Assembly: GCA_052389415.1 (NCBI GenBank)
Contig: JBQTHX010000030.1
Location: 48,590 to 112,589, forward strand
DNA length: 64,000 nucleotides
DNA from: Nitrosopumilaceae archaeon
Lineage (GTDB): Archaea > Thermoproteota > Nitrososphaeria > Nitrososphaerales > Nitrosopumilaceae
Direction of reading: 5' to 3'
Shown one piece after another: positions 47,840-57,926 of the stretch. Both the position numbers and the translations under genes were made by a program. Positions within the stretch are counted from its first letter, which is position 1. Each line of letters starts with the position of its first letter. The notes below the pieces were generated by a model. It had not been told where the DNA came from, made no database searches, and saw only the letters and a program-made list of their open reading frames with translations.

Positions 47840-48601
47840 TTATTTTTTCGACTTGTTAACAAAGGCAGTCATTCTTTCTTGTCTGTCTGGATGTGTAAAG
47901 CACAAGCCCCACGTGTACAATTCAAGAGCAAGTCCTGTATCAATATCTGTGTTTCTGCCCTTGTTTATTGCAATTTTGGACATTCTTACTGCCATTGCAG
48001 AATTTTGAGCAATCATCTTTGCCATGTTTGTTGCCTCTTCCATCAACTTTGGTAGCTCGACAACCTGATTTGCTAACCCAATCAATTTTGCTTCATCAGC
48101 TTTTACCATTCTTCCAGAATAAATCAATTCTTTTGCTTTTGCAATTCCAACAATTCTTTGAAGTCTTTGAGTTCCTCCCCAACCTGGGCAAACTCCTATA
48201 GTAACTTCAGGTTGGCCCATTCTTGCACTATCTGCAACAATTCTGATATCGCAAGCTAAAGCAAGCTCACAACCTCCACCAAGTGCAAACCCATTTACTG
48301 CTGCAATGGTTGGTTTGCTGACATTTTCCACAGTTGATGTTAAAAGATGACCTGTCTTTGCATATGTTTCTGATTCTATTGGAGATATCTTTGACATGTA
48401 TTCAATGTCTGCTCCAGCAGAAAATGCCTTGTCTCCTTCACCAGTAAGTATGATAACTTTAACCGAGTCGTCCTTGTCCACATCGTTAAAGACTGAAATT
48501 AGTTCTTTTGCAACATCTGTATTCATTGCATTAAGCTTGTCCGGTCTGTTAATTTTTACAACACAAATTCCGTCAGATTTTGTCACATTGACTAGTGTCA
48601 T
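47840..48601 (-). CDS. crotonase-fold enoyl-CoA hydratase; probable 3-hydroxypropionyl-CoA dehydratase / crotonyl-CoA hydratase of the 3HP/4HB cycle
   Basis: [42 protein letters not shown]; directly downstream of the ADP-forming ligase. Confidence 0.88.
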   Translation of the reverse strand: MTLVNVTKSDGICVVKINRPDKLNAMNTDVAKELISVFNDVDKDDSVKVIILTGEGDKAFSAGADIEYMSKISPIESETYAKTGHLLTSTVENVSKPTIAAVNGFALGGGCELALACDIRIVADSARMGQPEVTIGVCPGWGGTQRLQRIVGIAKAKELIYSGRMVKADEAKLIGLANQVVELPKLMEEATNMAKMIAQNSAMAVRMSKIAINKGRNTDIDTGLALELYTWGLCFTHPDRQERMTAFVNKSKK

Positions 48602-48614
48602 GGCAAACTTCAAT

Positions 48615-50753
48615 CTATGAAGAACTTAAACCTTGTCTGTTTGAATTGTGTTTTCCCCACTGAAGCATAGCTGATGCAGCAGCAACCCACGTTCTAATGT
48701 CATCGTATACTGGAACTTTGTGATTTTCAATTAAAGCAGATACTCTTTGTGTATACGGACCGCCGTTTCCTCCAACGAGAATTGGTTTTTTCTTTTGTCT
48801 TGAGAACTCTCCTAAATAATCGATGATTGTTTCTTCTAATGGATCATCTTGAAAGACAAACCAAGGCATAATAATATCCACATTTGGATCATCCATGAAT
48901 TTCTGGATTGTGTATCTGTAGTCATCAGCATTTGCTCCGCCCGTCACATCTACAGGGTTTCCTGTACCCAAAACATATGTTGGCGGATAGTGTGCTTTCA
49001 TCTCAGCAAGAGTTGACTCGGAAACTTTTGCTACTTGCATTCCAAATCTTTCAAAGTGATCAATAGCTCCTATCATAGGACCAGCACCGTTACTTACCAA
49101 GCCTGCACCGTTTCCTTTTGCAGGTGGTTGCCACGAAAGTGCCTTTACGACTCCAGCAAGTTCTTGATAGCTGTCTACTGAAATAATTCCTGCTTGTTTG
49201 AATGCACCCATGATAATTGCATTTGATCCACCAAGTGATCCTGTATGTGAGGCAGCTTGTTTTGCACCAGCGGCAGTCCTTCCACTCTTCCATATTACAA
49301 CAGGTTTGTGTTTTTCAGCCATGACTCGTTTTGCGGTCTCTACAAACTTGCGCCCATCTCCAAATCCTTCAACATAAAGTGCGATTACATTGGTCTGAGG
49401 ATCGTTTGCTAAATACCAGATCATATCTGCTTCATCAACATCTGATCTGTTTCCATAACTAACCATTTTTGATAGTCCAAACGAGTCTGCTGTTTCAAGG
49501 AAACTAATTCCCATTGTACCACTTTGTGAAAGAAATGCCACATCGCCAAGTTTTGCGCGTATCATCCTTGCTTGTCCTTGGAATGCACAATCAAGTCTAT
49601 TTGCTGCATTAAACATCCCGATGCAATTTGGACCGATGATTCTGATCTTGTTCGCCTCTGAAATTCGTTTTACTTCTGCCTCCATGGCAGCTCGTTCTCC
49701 ACCAAGTTCCTTTCCTCCTCCTGATACGATTACAACGCTATGAATTCCCTTTTTTGCACATGATTCAAGAACTGGAGCAGTAACTGAAAGATCAACACAA
49801 ACAACAACTAGATCTATTGAATCCTGTATTGCTTCTAACGACGGATAGCATTTTAATCCCAAGATTTCATCTGCCTTTGGATTTATTGGATATACCGTTC
49901 CTTTGTAATCGTGTTTTGCAAGACTATCTAAGACAGAATTTCCAATCTTTCCAGGTGTTGCAGAAGCGCCAACAAGTGCAACTGATTGAGGTGTGAAGAA
50001 TTTCTCCATAAATTCAGCGTTTGGCTGTGCTTTTGATATGGCATTCTCTTTCTTTTCTTTTCTTAAAATTATCTTTGCATCAACTACATAGTAAGATTTT
50101 GGATAAACTACAATTGGATTAAAGTCAATGCTGTCAAAGTATGCTGCATTATCAACACCAAGCTTGCTTATTTGAACAAGTGCTTTTGCAAGCATGCTCT
50201 GGTCTATTGGTTTAGTTCCTCTATATCCCTGTAGTATCTTTGCACCTTTTAATTCATCAAGCATAGATTTTGCGTCAGCAATTGTAATTGGAAGCATTCT
50301 GAATGCTACATCTTTGAAAATTTCAGTCAGTACGCCACCAAGTCCTACCATTATTACTGGACCAAACTGGGGATCATTTTGTAAACCTACAATTAATTCA
50401 ACACCTTGAGGAACCATTTTTTCAAGCAAAATTCCTTTTAATTGAACACCTTTTTTCTTTGAGAGTCTCTTGTACATATCATTAAATGCTTTTTTTACTT
50501 CCTTTTCATTTTGTAATCCCACTTTTACTCCACCAACATCGGTTTTGTGAAGAATTTGGGGCGATACAACCTTCATGACTAATGGATACCCTAATCTTTT
50601 TGCAGCTTTGGTTGCCTCTTTAGTAGAATTTACTAATGCATATCCTGGAACCTTTACTCCGTATTTTTTTAAAACAGATTTTGAAAGTTCCTCTGTTATT
50701 ACCTTATGATTTGTAACTATTGTTTCTTCAAAGATTTTGGTAACAGAACTCAT
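48615..50753 (-). CDS. ADP-forming acyl-CoA synthetase; probable 3-hydroxypropionyl-CoA synthetase of the thaumarchaeal 3HP/4HB carbon fixation cycle
   Basis: N-terminal ATP-grasp ([22 protein letters not shown]), CoA-binding (VGAS, GPNCIG, SQSG), ASHTG phospho-His; domain order and crotonase neighbour fit. Confidence 0.85.
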   Translation of the reverse strand: MSSVTKIFEETIVTNHKVITEELSKSVLKKYGVKVPGYALVNSTKEATKAAKRLGYPLVMKVVSPQILHKTDVGGVKVGLQNEKEVKKAFNDMYKRLSKKKGVQLKGILLEKMVPQGVELIVGLQNDPQFGPVIMVGLGGVLTEIFKDVAFRMLPITIADAKSMLDELKGAKILQGYRGTKPIDQSMLAKALVQISKLGVDNAAYFDSIDFNPIVVYPKSYYVVDAKIILRKEKKENAISKAQPNAEFMEKFFTPQSVALVGASATPGKIGNSVLDSLAKHDYKGTVYPINPKADEILGLKCYPSLEAIQDSIDLVVVCVDLSVTAPVLESCAKKGIHSVVIVSGGGKELGGERAAMEAEVKRISEANKIRIIGPNCIGMFNAANRLDCAFQGQARMIRAKLGDVAFLSQSGTMGISFLETADSFGLSKMVSYGNRSDVDEADMIWYLANDPQTNVIALYVEGFGDGRKFVETAKRVMAEKHKPVVIWKSGRTAAGAKQAASHTGSLGGSNAIIMGAFKQAGIISVDSYQELAGVVKALSWQPPAKGNGAGLVSNGAGPMIGAIDHFERFGMQVAKVSESTLAEMKAHYPPTYVLGTGNPVDVTGGANADDYRYTIQKFMDDPNVDIIMPWFVFQDDPLEETIIDYLGEFSRQKKKPILVGGNGGPYTQRVSALIENHKVPVYDDIRTWVAAASAMLQWGKHNSNRQGLSSS

Positions 50754-50795
50754 AACCAGATCGAAAAGTCTAACAGTCATTATATTAAACTTTTG

Positions 50796-51485
50796 TCAAA
50801 GGTTAAACTCTGCTTTAAAATTGCGATAAAATACTTGCAAGTTCTTTTGAATTTCTTGCATGGATTCAGGTATCTCTTTCCTTATATTATTAGGGTCTAT
50901 GTAGGGGGTATGACTCAACTCTTCCCTTGATTTGTCAAGCCAGAGTCTAATGGTTTCTTCATCCACCTCAAGATGAAACTGAACTCCTACCGCAGTACCT
51001 ATCTGTAATGCTTGGTTTTGGTAATTTATTGAATGAGCAAGTCTCATTGCATTATTAGGAAGTTCAAAAGTGTCCCCATGCCAGTGAAACACAGTTGCTG
51101 GGCTTTTTATTCCTGAAAACAGATTTGACTTGGTCTGATTATCAAACTCAACATCATGGTAAATTCCTATCTCCTTCTTATTTCCCTGATACACCTTTCC
51201 ACCAAATGCCTTTGCAATAAGTTGGGAGCCTAAGCAAATTCCAAGAATTGGTACGTCTCTTTCCACATACTCTCGAATCAGGTCCATTTCATTCTTAAGA
51301 TATGGTAAATCGTCATTTGCATTCTCAGGGGCTCCCAAAATTATTAGAGCTGAAAAATGTTGCTTTGGAATGTTTTCCTTTTGTGCAAATACAATTTTTG
51401 TTACAAATCCATCTTCTTTTAAAAGACAACCAAGGCCTGAAAGCCCTTCATTTTTTGAATTTTGTAATACCAGTACCTCACTCAT
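50796..51485 (-). CDS. class I glutamine amidotransferase-like protein (GMP synthase-like)
   Basis: LGICLGSQL, KEIG, WHGDTF, VQFHLE (Cys-His-Glu triad). Confidence 0.92.
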   Translation of the reverse strand: MSEVLVLQNSKNEGLSGLGCLLKEDGFVTKIVFAQKENIPKQHFSALIILGAPENANDDLPYLKNEMDLIREYVERDVPILGICLGSQLIAKAFGGKVYQGNKKEIGIYHDVEFDNQTKSNLFSGIKSPATVFHWHGDTFELPNNAMRLAHSINYQNQALQIGTAVGVQFHLEVDEETIRLWLDKSREELSHTPYIDPNNIRKEIPESMQEIQKNLQVFYRNFKAEFNL

Positions 51486-51520
51486 ACGTATGATTCAGTA
51501 AAAACTTCTTAATAATTGAA

Positions 51521-51907
51521 ATGTCATATCAATTAATGAAAGTAACTTTATCCGAAATTGATGACATGAAAAATTTTGTAACTTTACTGAACTCAAAAAA
51601 AGATAGTATAGTGGTTGTGGAAGGAAAACGCGATTCAGCAGCATTGAAAAAACTAGGTTTTTCTGGAATAATATATGAATTTCATAGCTTTAAAGGACTT
51701 GTCAAGTTTGCTGATTCAATGGATTCGTATAAACAAATGATCCTATTGCTTGATTTGGATCGGAAAGGAAGATACCTTACCAGAAGAATAATCTCTCTAC
51801 TAGAACACAGAATCAAAATAGATCTTTCTTTTAAAAGAAAGCTTGCTATGATAACCAAGGGAAAAATAAGACACATCGAAGATCTTAGAATGTATGAGTC
51901 ACCTTAG
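51521..51907 (+). CDS. small stand-alone TOPRIM-domain protein
   Basis: VVVEGKRD, LLDLDRKG. Confidence 0.88.
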   Translation: MSYQLMKVTLSEIDDMKNFVTLLNSKKDSIVVVEGKRDSAALKKLGFSGIIYEFHSFKGLVKFADSMDSYKQMILLLDLDRKGRYLTRRIISLLEHRIKIDLSFKRKLAMITKGKIRHIEDLRMYESP

Positions 51908-51997
51908 TAGCATTGATTTGTTGTTTGGAATGACCAATAAGCACTTATATCCATCTATGAGAAAAAGAAATTGATCAAAAATTAAGAGGATTATGAA

Positions 51998-53140
51998 TTG
52001 CCAAGTACAGGAATTGTCAAGTATCACGTTAAGCTTAGCTTTGACGTCGATGGATTGGTTGAGAAAGCCGACATAATAGGTGCTATTTTCGGTCAAACAG
52101 AGGGACTGTTAGGACCAGAGATGAACCTAAACGAACTTCAAAAAGTTTCGAAGGTTGGCAGGATAGAAGTTAACACTACTGCCACGTCTAGTCAAACAAA
52201 AGGGGACGCTTTGCTACCAATGAGTACCGACATTACTACAGCTGCGCTTATTGCTGCAGCAATTGAAAGCATTGACAAAGTTGGTCCTTTTGCAGCTCAC
52301 TTTAAACTAGAGGCCATAGATGATGTTAGGTCAGCAAAAAAAAAGGAGATTGTAGATAGGGCAAAAGAAATTGTTCAGAAATGGTCAACAAAAACAATCA
52401 GTGAGGGAGAAGAAATGCTCAAGGATGTATCAGAAGGTGGAGCAGGAAAAATCACTACATTTGGAAGAGAAAAACTTGCATGTGGTTCTGGCGTTTTCGA
52501 TTCTCCATGGATAATTTTGGTTGAAGGAAGAGCTGATGTTATCAATTTGTTACGCGCAGGATTCGATAATGCTCTTGCCATAGAAGGAGCAAGGATCGAT
52601 GAATCCATAAAAGAACTATGCAATTCAAAATCTAAAGTTATTGCTTTCCTGGATGGTGACAGGGCCGGTGGTTTTATACTAAAAGAACTAAAAGCAATGG
52701 TTAATGTTGATGTAGTTCATCGTGCGCCAGAGGGAGTTGAGGTTGAAGAGCTTACACCACAACAGATCGCAGACATACTAAAAGAAACTGCGGAAGATAT
52801 GAAAAAAGAAACTGCAAAACCAGTACTTAAAGATCCTAAAGACGAGTCCATTGCAAACGTTGCAAAAAAAGTATATGAAAATCTAAATGAATCGCTTGAG
52901 GCTGTGGCACTTGATGATCGCATTAATGAACTCTTTAAGGTGCCTGTAAGTGAAGTGGTTGGAAAACTTTCTTCTGGATCTGGAATAAAGTACTTGGTTT
53001 TGGATGGTATCATAACTCAAAGACTCATCGATGCGGCAAAACAAGCAGGAATAGAGTGTGTTATAGGTCATAGAATAGCTAATTTAAAAAATACTGATGG
53101 TCTTGTTCTCAAAACATTTACAGACCTCGGCGTAGCCTAA
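51998..53140 (+). CDS. dnaG: archaeal DnaG (primase-like, exosome-associated)
   Basis: DIIGAIFGQTEGLLG, ILVEGRADV, FLDGDRAG, LDGIITQRL. Confidence 0.96.
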   Translation: MPSTGIVKYHVKLSFDVDGLVEKADIIGAIFGQTEGLLGPEMNLNELQKVSKVGRIEVNTTATSSQTKGDALLPMSTDITTAALIAAAIESIDKVGPFAAHFKLEAIDDVRSAKKKEIVDRAKEIVQKWSTKTISEGEEMLKDVSEGGAGKITTFGREKLACGSGVFDSPWIILVEGRADVINLLRAGFDNALAIEGARIDESIKELCNSKSKVIAFLDGDRAGGFILKELKAMVNVDVVHRAPEGVEVEELTPQQIADILKETAEDMKKETAKPVLKDPKDESIANVAKKVYENLNESLEAVALDDRINELFKVPVSEVVGKLSSGSGIKYLVLDGIITQRLIDAAKQAGIECVIGHRIANLKNTDGLVLKTFTDLGVA

Positions 53141-53147
53141 TTCTTTA

Positions 53148-53834
53148 ATGTCAGAGTTTAAAGTTCAGCATATTCTTACTCTTGCAGATCTATTATCAAA
53201 AGGTGCAAGGCACAACTTTGTTTCTATAACCACCTCATCACTTGGAAAAGATATTCGCCGATCACAACAGGCTGCATCTAAACATCTTTTGGAACTAGAA
53301 CACGATGGTTACATAGAAAGAATTAGAAATGGACAAAAATTCTCAGTTAGGATAACACCAAAAGGACACGCAGAAATGATAAAGATTTCAACTATTTTGA
53401 AATCAAGCTTAGAATCTAATCCTTCTTACATTGAATTTGTGGGGAACATCATTTCTGGAATGGGCGAGGGTGCATATTACATGTCAATGAAAGGATATAC
53501 TAGACAATTCAAATCAAAACTTGGTTACATCCCATTTCCTGGCACATTAAATATAAAATTAAAAGACAAAAAATTTGTTGAAGCAAAACGTGAACTTGAT
53601 GTACACGATGGGATAACCATTAACGGCTTTTCTGACGGAAAACGAACATATGGTTGGGTAAAATGCTATCCTGCAAAGATTAACAACTCTGTAGACGGTT
53701 TGCTTATAACTTTAGAACGAACACACTATGATGATTCCATAGTAGAATTGATCTCAGAGAAGAACATCAAGAAAACAGCAAAACTCTCAAACGGTTCACA
53801 AATATCCATCAGAGTACCAATTTCATCAAAATGA
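53148..53834 (+). CDS. ribK: CTP-dependent riboflavin kinase with N-terminal HTH (RibK/RbkR)
   Basis: SQQAASKHLLELE..G.I.R wHTH; SGMGEGAYY, PFPGTLN, RTHY, VELIS. Confidence 0.93.
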   Translation: MSEFKVQHILTLADLLSKGARHNFVSITTSSLGKDIRRSQQAASKHLLELEHDGYIERIRNGQKFSVRITPKGHAEMIKISTILKSSLESNPSYIEFVGNIISGMGEGAYYMSMKGYTRQFKSKLGYIPFPGTLNIKLKDKKFVEAKRELDVHDGITINGFSDGKRTYGWVKCYPAKINNSVDGLLITLERTHYDDSIVELISEKNIKKTAKLSNGSQISIRVPISSK

Positions 53835-53878
53835 GCAAAATATCAAACTAATTATTAACCAAAGTGTTATGATTTAGT

Positions 53879-54049
53879 ATGGTTCTATTATGGATTGGAA
53901 TAGCATTAGGGGCACTCATCACAATAGCACTAATCTATAAAATACTCAAGTCTTCAAAAACAAGCTACATTTCATTAAAGTGCACAAAATGCGGTTTTAA
54001 AACTAATGGTCTGAAATGTCCAATTTGTGAAAGTGAAAAAAGAATCTAG
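53879..54049 (+). CDS. 56-aa membrane-anchored zinc-ribbon protein (below ORF-track cutoff)
   Basis: MVLLWIGIALGALITIALIYKILKSSKTSYISLKCTKCGFKTNGLKCPICESEKRI; TATA-like TTATTAA about 25 nt upstream. Confidence 0.78.
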   Translation: MVLLWIGIALGALITIALIYKILKSSKTSYISLKCTKCGFKTNGLKCPICESEKRI

Positions 54050-54663
54050 ATTCTATAAATTGATTCGCCATATTCATTCTCAATCTTAGAACTCTTGATG
54101 TCAGGAATAGGAGACTGTAATCTTGCAATGCTTGCATTAACATTTATCTTCTTACATCCATCAGTGATGAATTTCTCTTGATGTATCTGGTCATATCCTA
54201 AAGCTATGATGTCGGGTCTTACCAAAGCTACTGTCTTGAAAATGTCGTCCTCATGTCCTATAGTGGCGTGATCCACCATCAAAAGTGAGTTCACAAGATC
54301 GCGTCTAAGCTCCATGTTGTGAAGCGGAAATCTATGCTTCATCTTTTTAGCAGTCTGATCAGTTGCTATCACAACTATGAGTACATTTCCTAAAGCTTTA
54401 GCTGCTCTTAGTGTATGTATATGTCCTGGATGAATTATATCGAAGACTCCTCCGGCAAGAACAACTCGTATTGATGATCTACCTAGATCAGTTAGTGTTT
54501 TTTTGTCATCTTCAACAATTCCAATTTTTACAAAAGATTCTATCTTTGCTTGCAGATGATCAATATTGACGGGAAGTTTTTTTCTAATTATTGAAATGGC
54601 ATCTCTATCTGAAATGGAGGAAATATACAACGCTGATATTATCTCTTTATCTAGGGCATCCAA
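54046..54663 (-). CDS. ribL: archaeal FAD synthetase (cytidylyltransferase family) with N-terminal winged-helix-like extension
   Basis: AGGVFDIIHPGH, VVIATD, RPDIIALGYDQ, KSSKI; about 63 extra N-terminal aa ending TLTDLGR. Confidence 0.82.
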   Translation of the reverse strand: MDALDKEIISALYISSISDRDAISIIRKKLPVNIDHLQAKIESFVKIGIVEDDKKTLTDLGRSSIRVVLAGGVFDIIHPGHIHTLRAAKALGNVLIVVIATDQTAKKMKHRFPLHNMELRRDLVNSLLMVDHATIGHEDDIFKTVALVRPDIIALGYDQIHQEKFITDGCKKINVNASIARLQSPIPDIKSSKIENEYGESIYRI

Positions 54664-54700
54664 CTATCTCACTAAAACAAGATTTCTATTCTCTTTTCAT

Positions 54701-55747
54701 CTATAAACTCTGTGCCCAAGGATCTATTCCTTTTGAAAAACGTAACGCGTCAATTAGTCCTTCAGCGTATCCTATACTTAAAATCGCCAACTCTTCTTTT
54801 CCTTGATTCTGAAATATTTCTGCATCATCAAGATAAAGTGCGGCATTTTCTAAAACTGATTTGAGATTTTCATCATTCCTAAAACGATTTGTAACATCGT
54901 TTAATGCCTTTCTTGCTTTTGGAATATATTTTTGTAACATCTGTTCGGAAATTTTTTTAATCTTTGAAGAATTGTCATAAGGTTCATCAATACATTTAGC
55001 GAGGATTTTTAGTGCATCAGATTCCGTAAAATGCATCTTCCCAGGAATTATAATAGTGTGAGGAGGTTTTCCAAAATCTGTGTTTTTTAAATTTGAAATC
55101 TTTCCTGCTACTATCCTTTGATTTTTCGCTCCAATTCTTGATGCTACCACGGCAAAAGTAGAATCTTCAATTAGATTTCTTTTCTGTTCACTTTCTGATG
55201 AAAGTAAACTGGCTAAAGCATCCTTTGGATTAAGGAAAAAATTTGCATCGTTATTGAATTCTAGAATTATCATAGTATGAGTCCCTGCCAATAAATTGTC
55301 ATAAAGTGTACTGTACACACTTGAAACCGAATTCTTGTCTTTCATCATAGTGACAACCTTTCCCATTTTGTAAAAATGGAAGCCACATTCACCAATTAGT
55401 GCGGTAATTGCAGATGCTGCATGGATGGTTTTTGTCAAGATCTTTTCTGAGATTGCTCTTGTTCGCAATTCTATATGGGTGGTAGCAATATAGGGGTCTC
55501 CATATGTAAGTAGTACGACCTGTTTCTTTTTTGCTTCTCTAAGAATGGTCTTTCCATCCTCTACTAACCATCGTGGAGCAGTTCGAAATTCATGTTTTAC
55601 CATCTTTTTGATCTTTATCAATTCAGACTTTGAAATTGGACTAGTAAAAATTTCAAGATAGACTCTGTCTGCTTTCTTGAGAATTTTTAATACATCGGAC
55701 CCAATTCCATCTGTACTAGAAATACCAAGACCCACAAACCAAAGCAT
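54701..55747 (-). CDS. dph5: diphthine synthase fused to a C-terminal DUF357-like domain
   Basis: MLWFVGLG, GDPYIATTH, YKMGK, GKPPH.IIIPG.MHF.E; tail A..YLDDA..F....LA..SIGYAEGLIDA. Confidence 0.92.
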   Translation of the reverse strand: MLWFVGLGISSTDGIGSDVLKILKKADRVYLEIFTSPISKSELIKIKKMVKHEFRTAPRWLVEDGKTILREAKKKQVVLLTYGDPYIATTHIELRTRAISEKILTKTIHAASAITALIGECGFHFYKMGKVVTMMKDKNSVSSVYSTLYDNLLAGTHTMIILEFNNDANFFLNPKDALASLLSSESEQKRNLIEDSTFAVVASRIGAKNQRIVAGKISNLKNTDFGKPPHTIIIPGKMHFTESDALKILAKCIDEPYDNSSKIKKISEQMLQKYIPKARKALNDVTNRFRNDENLKSVLENAALYLDDAEIFQNQGKEELAILSIGYAEGLIDALRFSKGIDPWAQSL

Positions 55748-55778
55748 AATCGAGTTGGAAAAATTGGTTATTTTGAGC

Positions 55779-56912
55779 TTACTCACTATGTTTTGATTTT
55801 GTGTGCAATCTCTTCAAGTGATACAACATGTGTTTGAAGACCTCTATGCTTCGTAGAAACTCATCAATTGAGACCCGTTCATCAATAGTATGAGATGCGT
55901 GGGGATCTCCAGGACCATAAGTTACTACCGGAATGTTTAACGCGTTTCCAATTATGTTCATATCTCCAGTTCCAGTTTTACGAATTAATTGAGGTCTTGA
56001 TTTTTCTACGTCTATCACGCCCAAAGTCAATGCCCTAACAAGTGGTGAATCATGAGGAGCTTCAAATGGTTCCGTCTCATCTAATATTGAGTAAAAGGCA
56101 CTGACTCCTTGGTTTTTTGCAACTTCCTGAACTGTTGTTGCAATTTTTTCTCCGACTGATTTACAGTTCATGTCTACAGGAATTCTAATGTCCATCACTG
56201 CATCACATTCTACGGCAGTCACGTTGTGACTTGTTCCTCCCCTGATCTCAGTTAGAGTGGCCGTGAGCAACATTCCTTTTGGTTTATCTGCCTGATTTCC
56301 TTCAAGCTCCTTTTTCAATGCGCTGATAAACACATAGACCTCATCAATTGCATTTTTTGCAAGCCATGGTGCACTTGCGTGTGCGCTATTTCCTACATTT
56401 ATTTTAAGATTGATGGCAATCCTTCCTTTGTAAGCTATAGTGATGTTTTTAATTCCACTTGGTTCGCCAAAAATTGCATAATCCAAGTCAATCTTTTGTT
56501 TTACGAGGCTCTTGATGCCAGTAGCGTTTCCCTCCTCATCTACTACCGCAGCAAAAACTACAGTGCCAGTATGATTTTGCATTGTTGCAGCAGCAAGAAG
56601 CATTGCCATTAGAGGAGCTTTTGCATCAGATGCACCTCGTCCATAAAGAAAACCATTGTCGTTTTTTACCTTGATTTTTCCAGGAACAGTATCCATGTGA
56701 CCACACAAAAGTATCTTCGGAGAACCAGAACCTTTTGTTGCAATCAGATTCCCTACCTCGTCTATGCGTATGTTTTCAAATCCTAAATCATCACATTTAT
56801 CTGCCAAAAATTCTGCCAATGGTTTTTCCGATAAGGAAGGTGTGTAAAGTCTTAGTGCCTTCTCAAGCATCTTTACAGAAAACCTAGGCGTTATAGTTAT
56901 TGAAGAGTCCAA
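55779..56912 (-). CDS. lysK: LysW-gamma-L-lysine/ornithine carboxypeptidase (M20)
   Basis: CGHMDTVPG, GRGASDAK, VDEE, GEPS, KTGTGDMN, YGPGD...HT.DE. Confidence 0.93.
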   Translation of the reverse strand: MDSSITITPRFSVKMLEKALRLYTPSLSEKPLAEFLADKCDDLGFENIRIDEVGNLIATKGSGSPKILLCGHMDTVPGKIKVKNDNGFLYGRGASDAKAPLMAMLLAAATMQNHTGTVVFAAVVDEEGNATGIKSLVKQKIDLDYAIFGEPSGIKNITIAYKGRIAINLKINVGNSAHASAPWLAKNAIDEVYVFISALKKELEGNQADKPKGMLLTATLTEIRGGTSHNVTAVECDAVMDIRIPVDMNCKSVGEKIATTVQEVAKNQGVSAFYSILDETEPFEAPHDSPLVRALTLGVIDVEKSRPQLIRKTGTGDMNIIGNALNIPVVTYGPGDPHASHTIDERVSIDEFLRSIEVFKHMLYHLKRLHTKSKHSE

Positions 56913-56915
56913 TTC

Positions 56916-57764
56916 TTATTTTCTCGATTTTAATGCGTATTCTATCATCAAGGCTGGAATATCTACACCAGTGACCCTTACAGTATTTTTGTATTCCGTT
57001 GTGTTATTTACTTCATGAACAACTAGCCCTTTTTCCTTACTTTCCATTAGATCTACGCCAACTATCTGTCCTTGAACAGCATTTTTTGCTTTAATGCAGA
57101 TATCTTCCAACTCTTTCGTAACCTTGCATTCCTCTGCCTTTCCACCAAGTGCCATGTTTGTTTTCCATTGTCCGTCTCCCGAATATCGATATATTGCAGC
57201 CACAACTTTGTCGCCTACTATTATAGCTCTAATATCACGCGGAGGTCTTTGGACAAATTCTTCAAGGTAATACACTTGGTATATTGGATACATCGTTTCT
57301 CTACTGTTCATGATTCCTTCCGCTGAATCATGATCTTTTAGTAAGGCGATCATTCTTCCCCAACTTCCAACAGTTGGTTTTAAAACCATCGGATATCCCT
57401 TGGATTCTAAAGTTTCAAGGGCGGTCTCTTCAGAAAACGCCACTGCACTAAACGGAGTAGGAATTCCATATTTCTGTAAAAGCATATGAGTAAACAGCTT
57501 GTTTCCTGCAAAGATACTTGTATTCAAAGAATTTATCACGTTGACTCCTTTTCCTTCAAGGGCAGCAGTAGAGTGTAAACTACGATAATAACTAACACAA
57601 CGTTGTATCACAGTTTCAAATTTTTCTTTTGTTTTATCCAAACTAACAGACAAATTCTTACAATCTACCATCTCCACACTAGCTCCATTTTTTTTTGCAG
57701 TGTCGTAGAGAGCTTTTTCTTCCCACCTGATGGTGTCGTAAAGAATCGATAATCCGGAGCTCAC
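56916..57764 (-). CDS. lysX: alpha-aminoadipate--LysW ligase (ATP-grasp)
   Basis: QRCVS, KPTVGSWGR, RDIR, WKTNMALGG, EVNNTTEYKNT (Asn-Thr signature typical of LysX). Confidence 0.9.
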   Translation of the reverse strand: MSSGLSILYDTIRWEEKALYDTAKKNGASVEMVDCKNLSVSLDKTKEKFETVIQRCVSYYRSLHSTAALEGKGVNVINSLNTSIFAGNKLFTHMLLQKYGIPTPFSAVAFSEETALETLESKGYPMVLKPTVGSWGRMIALLKDHDSAEGIMNSRETMYPIYQVYYLEEFVQRPPRDIRAIIVGDKVVAAIYRYSGDGQWKTNMALGGKAEECKVTKELEDICIKAKNAVQGQIVGVDLMESKEKGLVVHEVNNTTEYKNTVRVTGVDIPALMIEYALKSRK

Positions 57765-57925
57765 TGGCCCCAGTCCTCACCAACAGTTTGTGCTGGTTTC
57801 AACTCAAAGCCTGATGACCCTTTTGCTAATTCAAAGCTTGCACCACAATCTGGACATGTTATTATTTCTCCTTCGATTGCATCTTTTGGAGGAGTGATGG
57901 TTGCATCACAATCTAAGCATTTCAT
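57761..57925 (-). CDS. lysW: LysW amino-group carrier protein, copy 2, ending in EDWGQ (below ORF-track cutoff)
   Basis: MKCLDCDATITPPKDAIEGEIITCPDCGASFELAKGSSGFELKPAQTVGEDWGQ; last codons GAG GAC TGG GGC CAG TGA. Confidence 0.95.
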   Translation of the reverse strand: MKCLDCDATITPPKDAIEGEIITCPDCGASFELAKGSSGFELKPAQTVGEDWGQ

Positions 57926-57926
57926 C

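Noticed and set aside
50796-51485. Class I glutamine amidotransferase as the deamidase for the Gln-ending LysW
   Set aside because: About 6 kb away in a different transcription unit; nothing in the sequence links them
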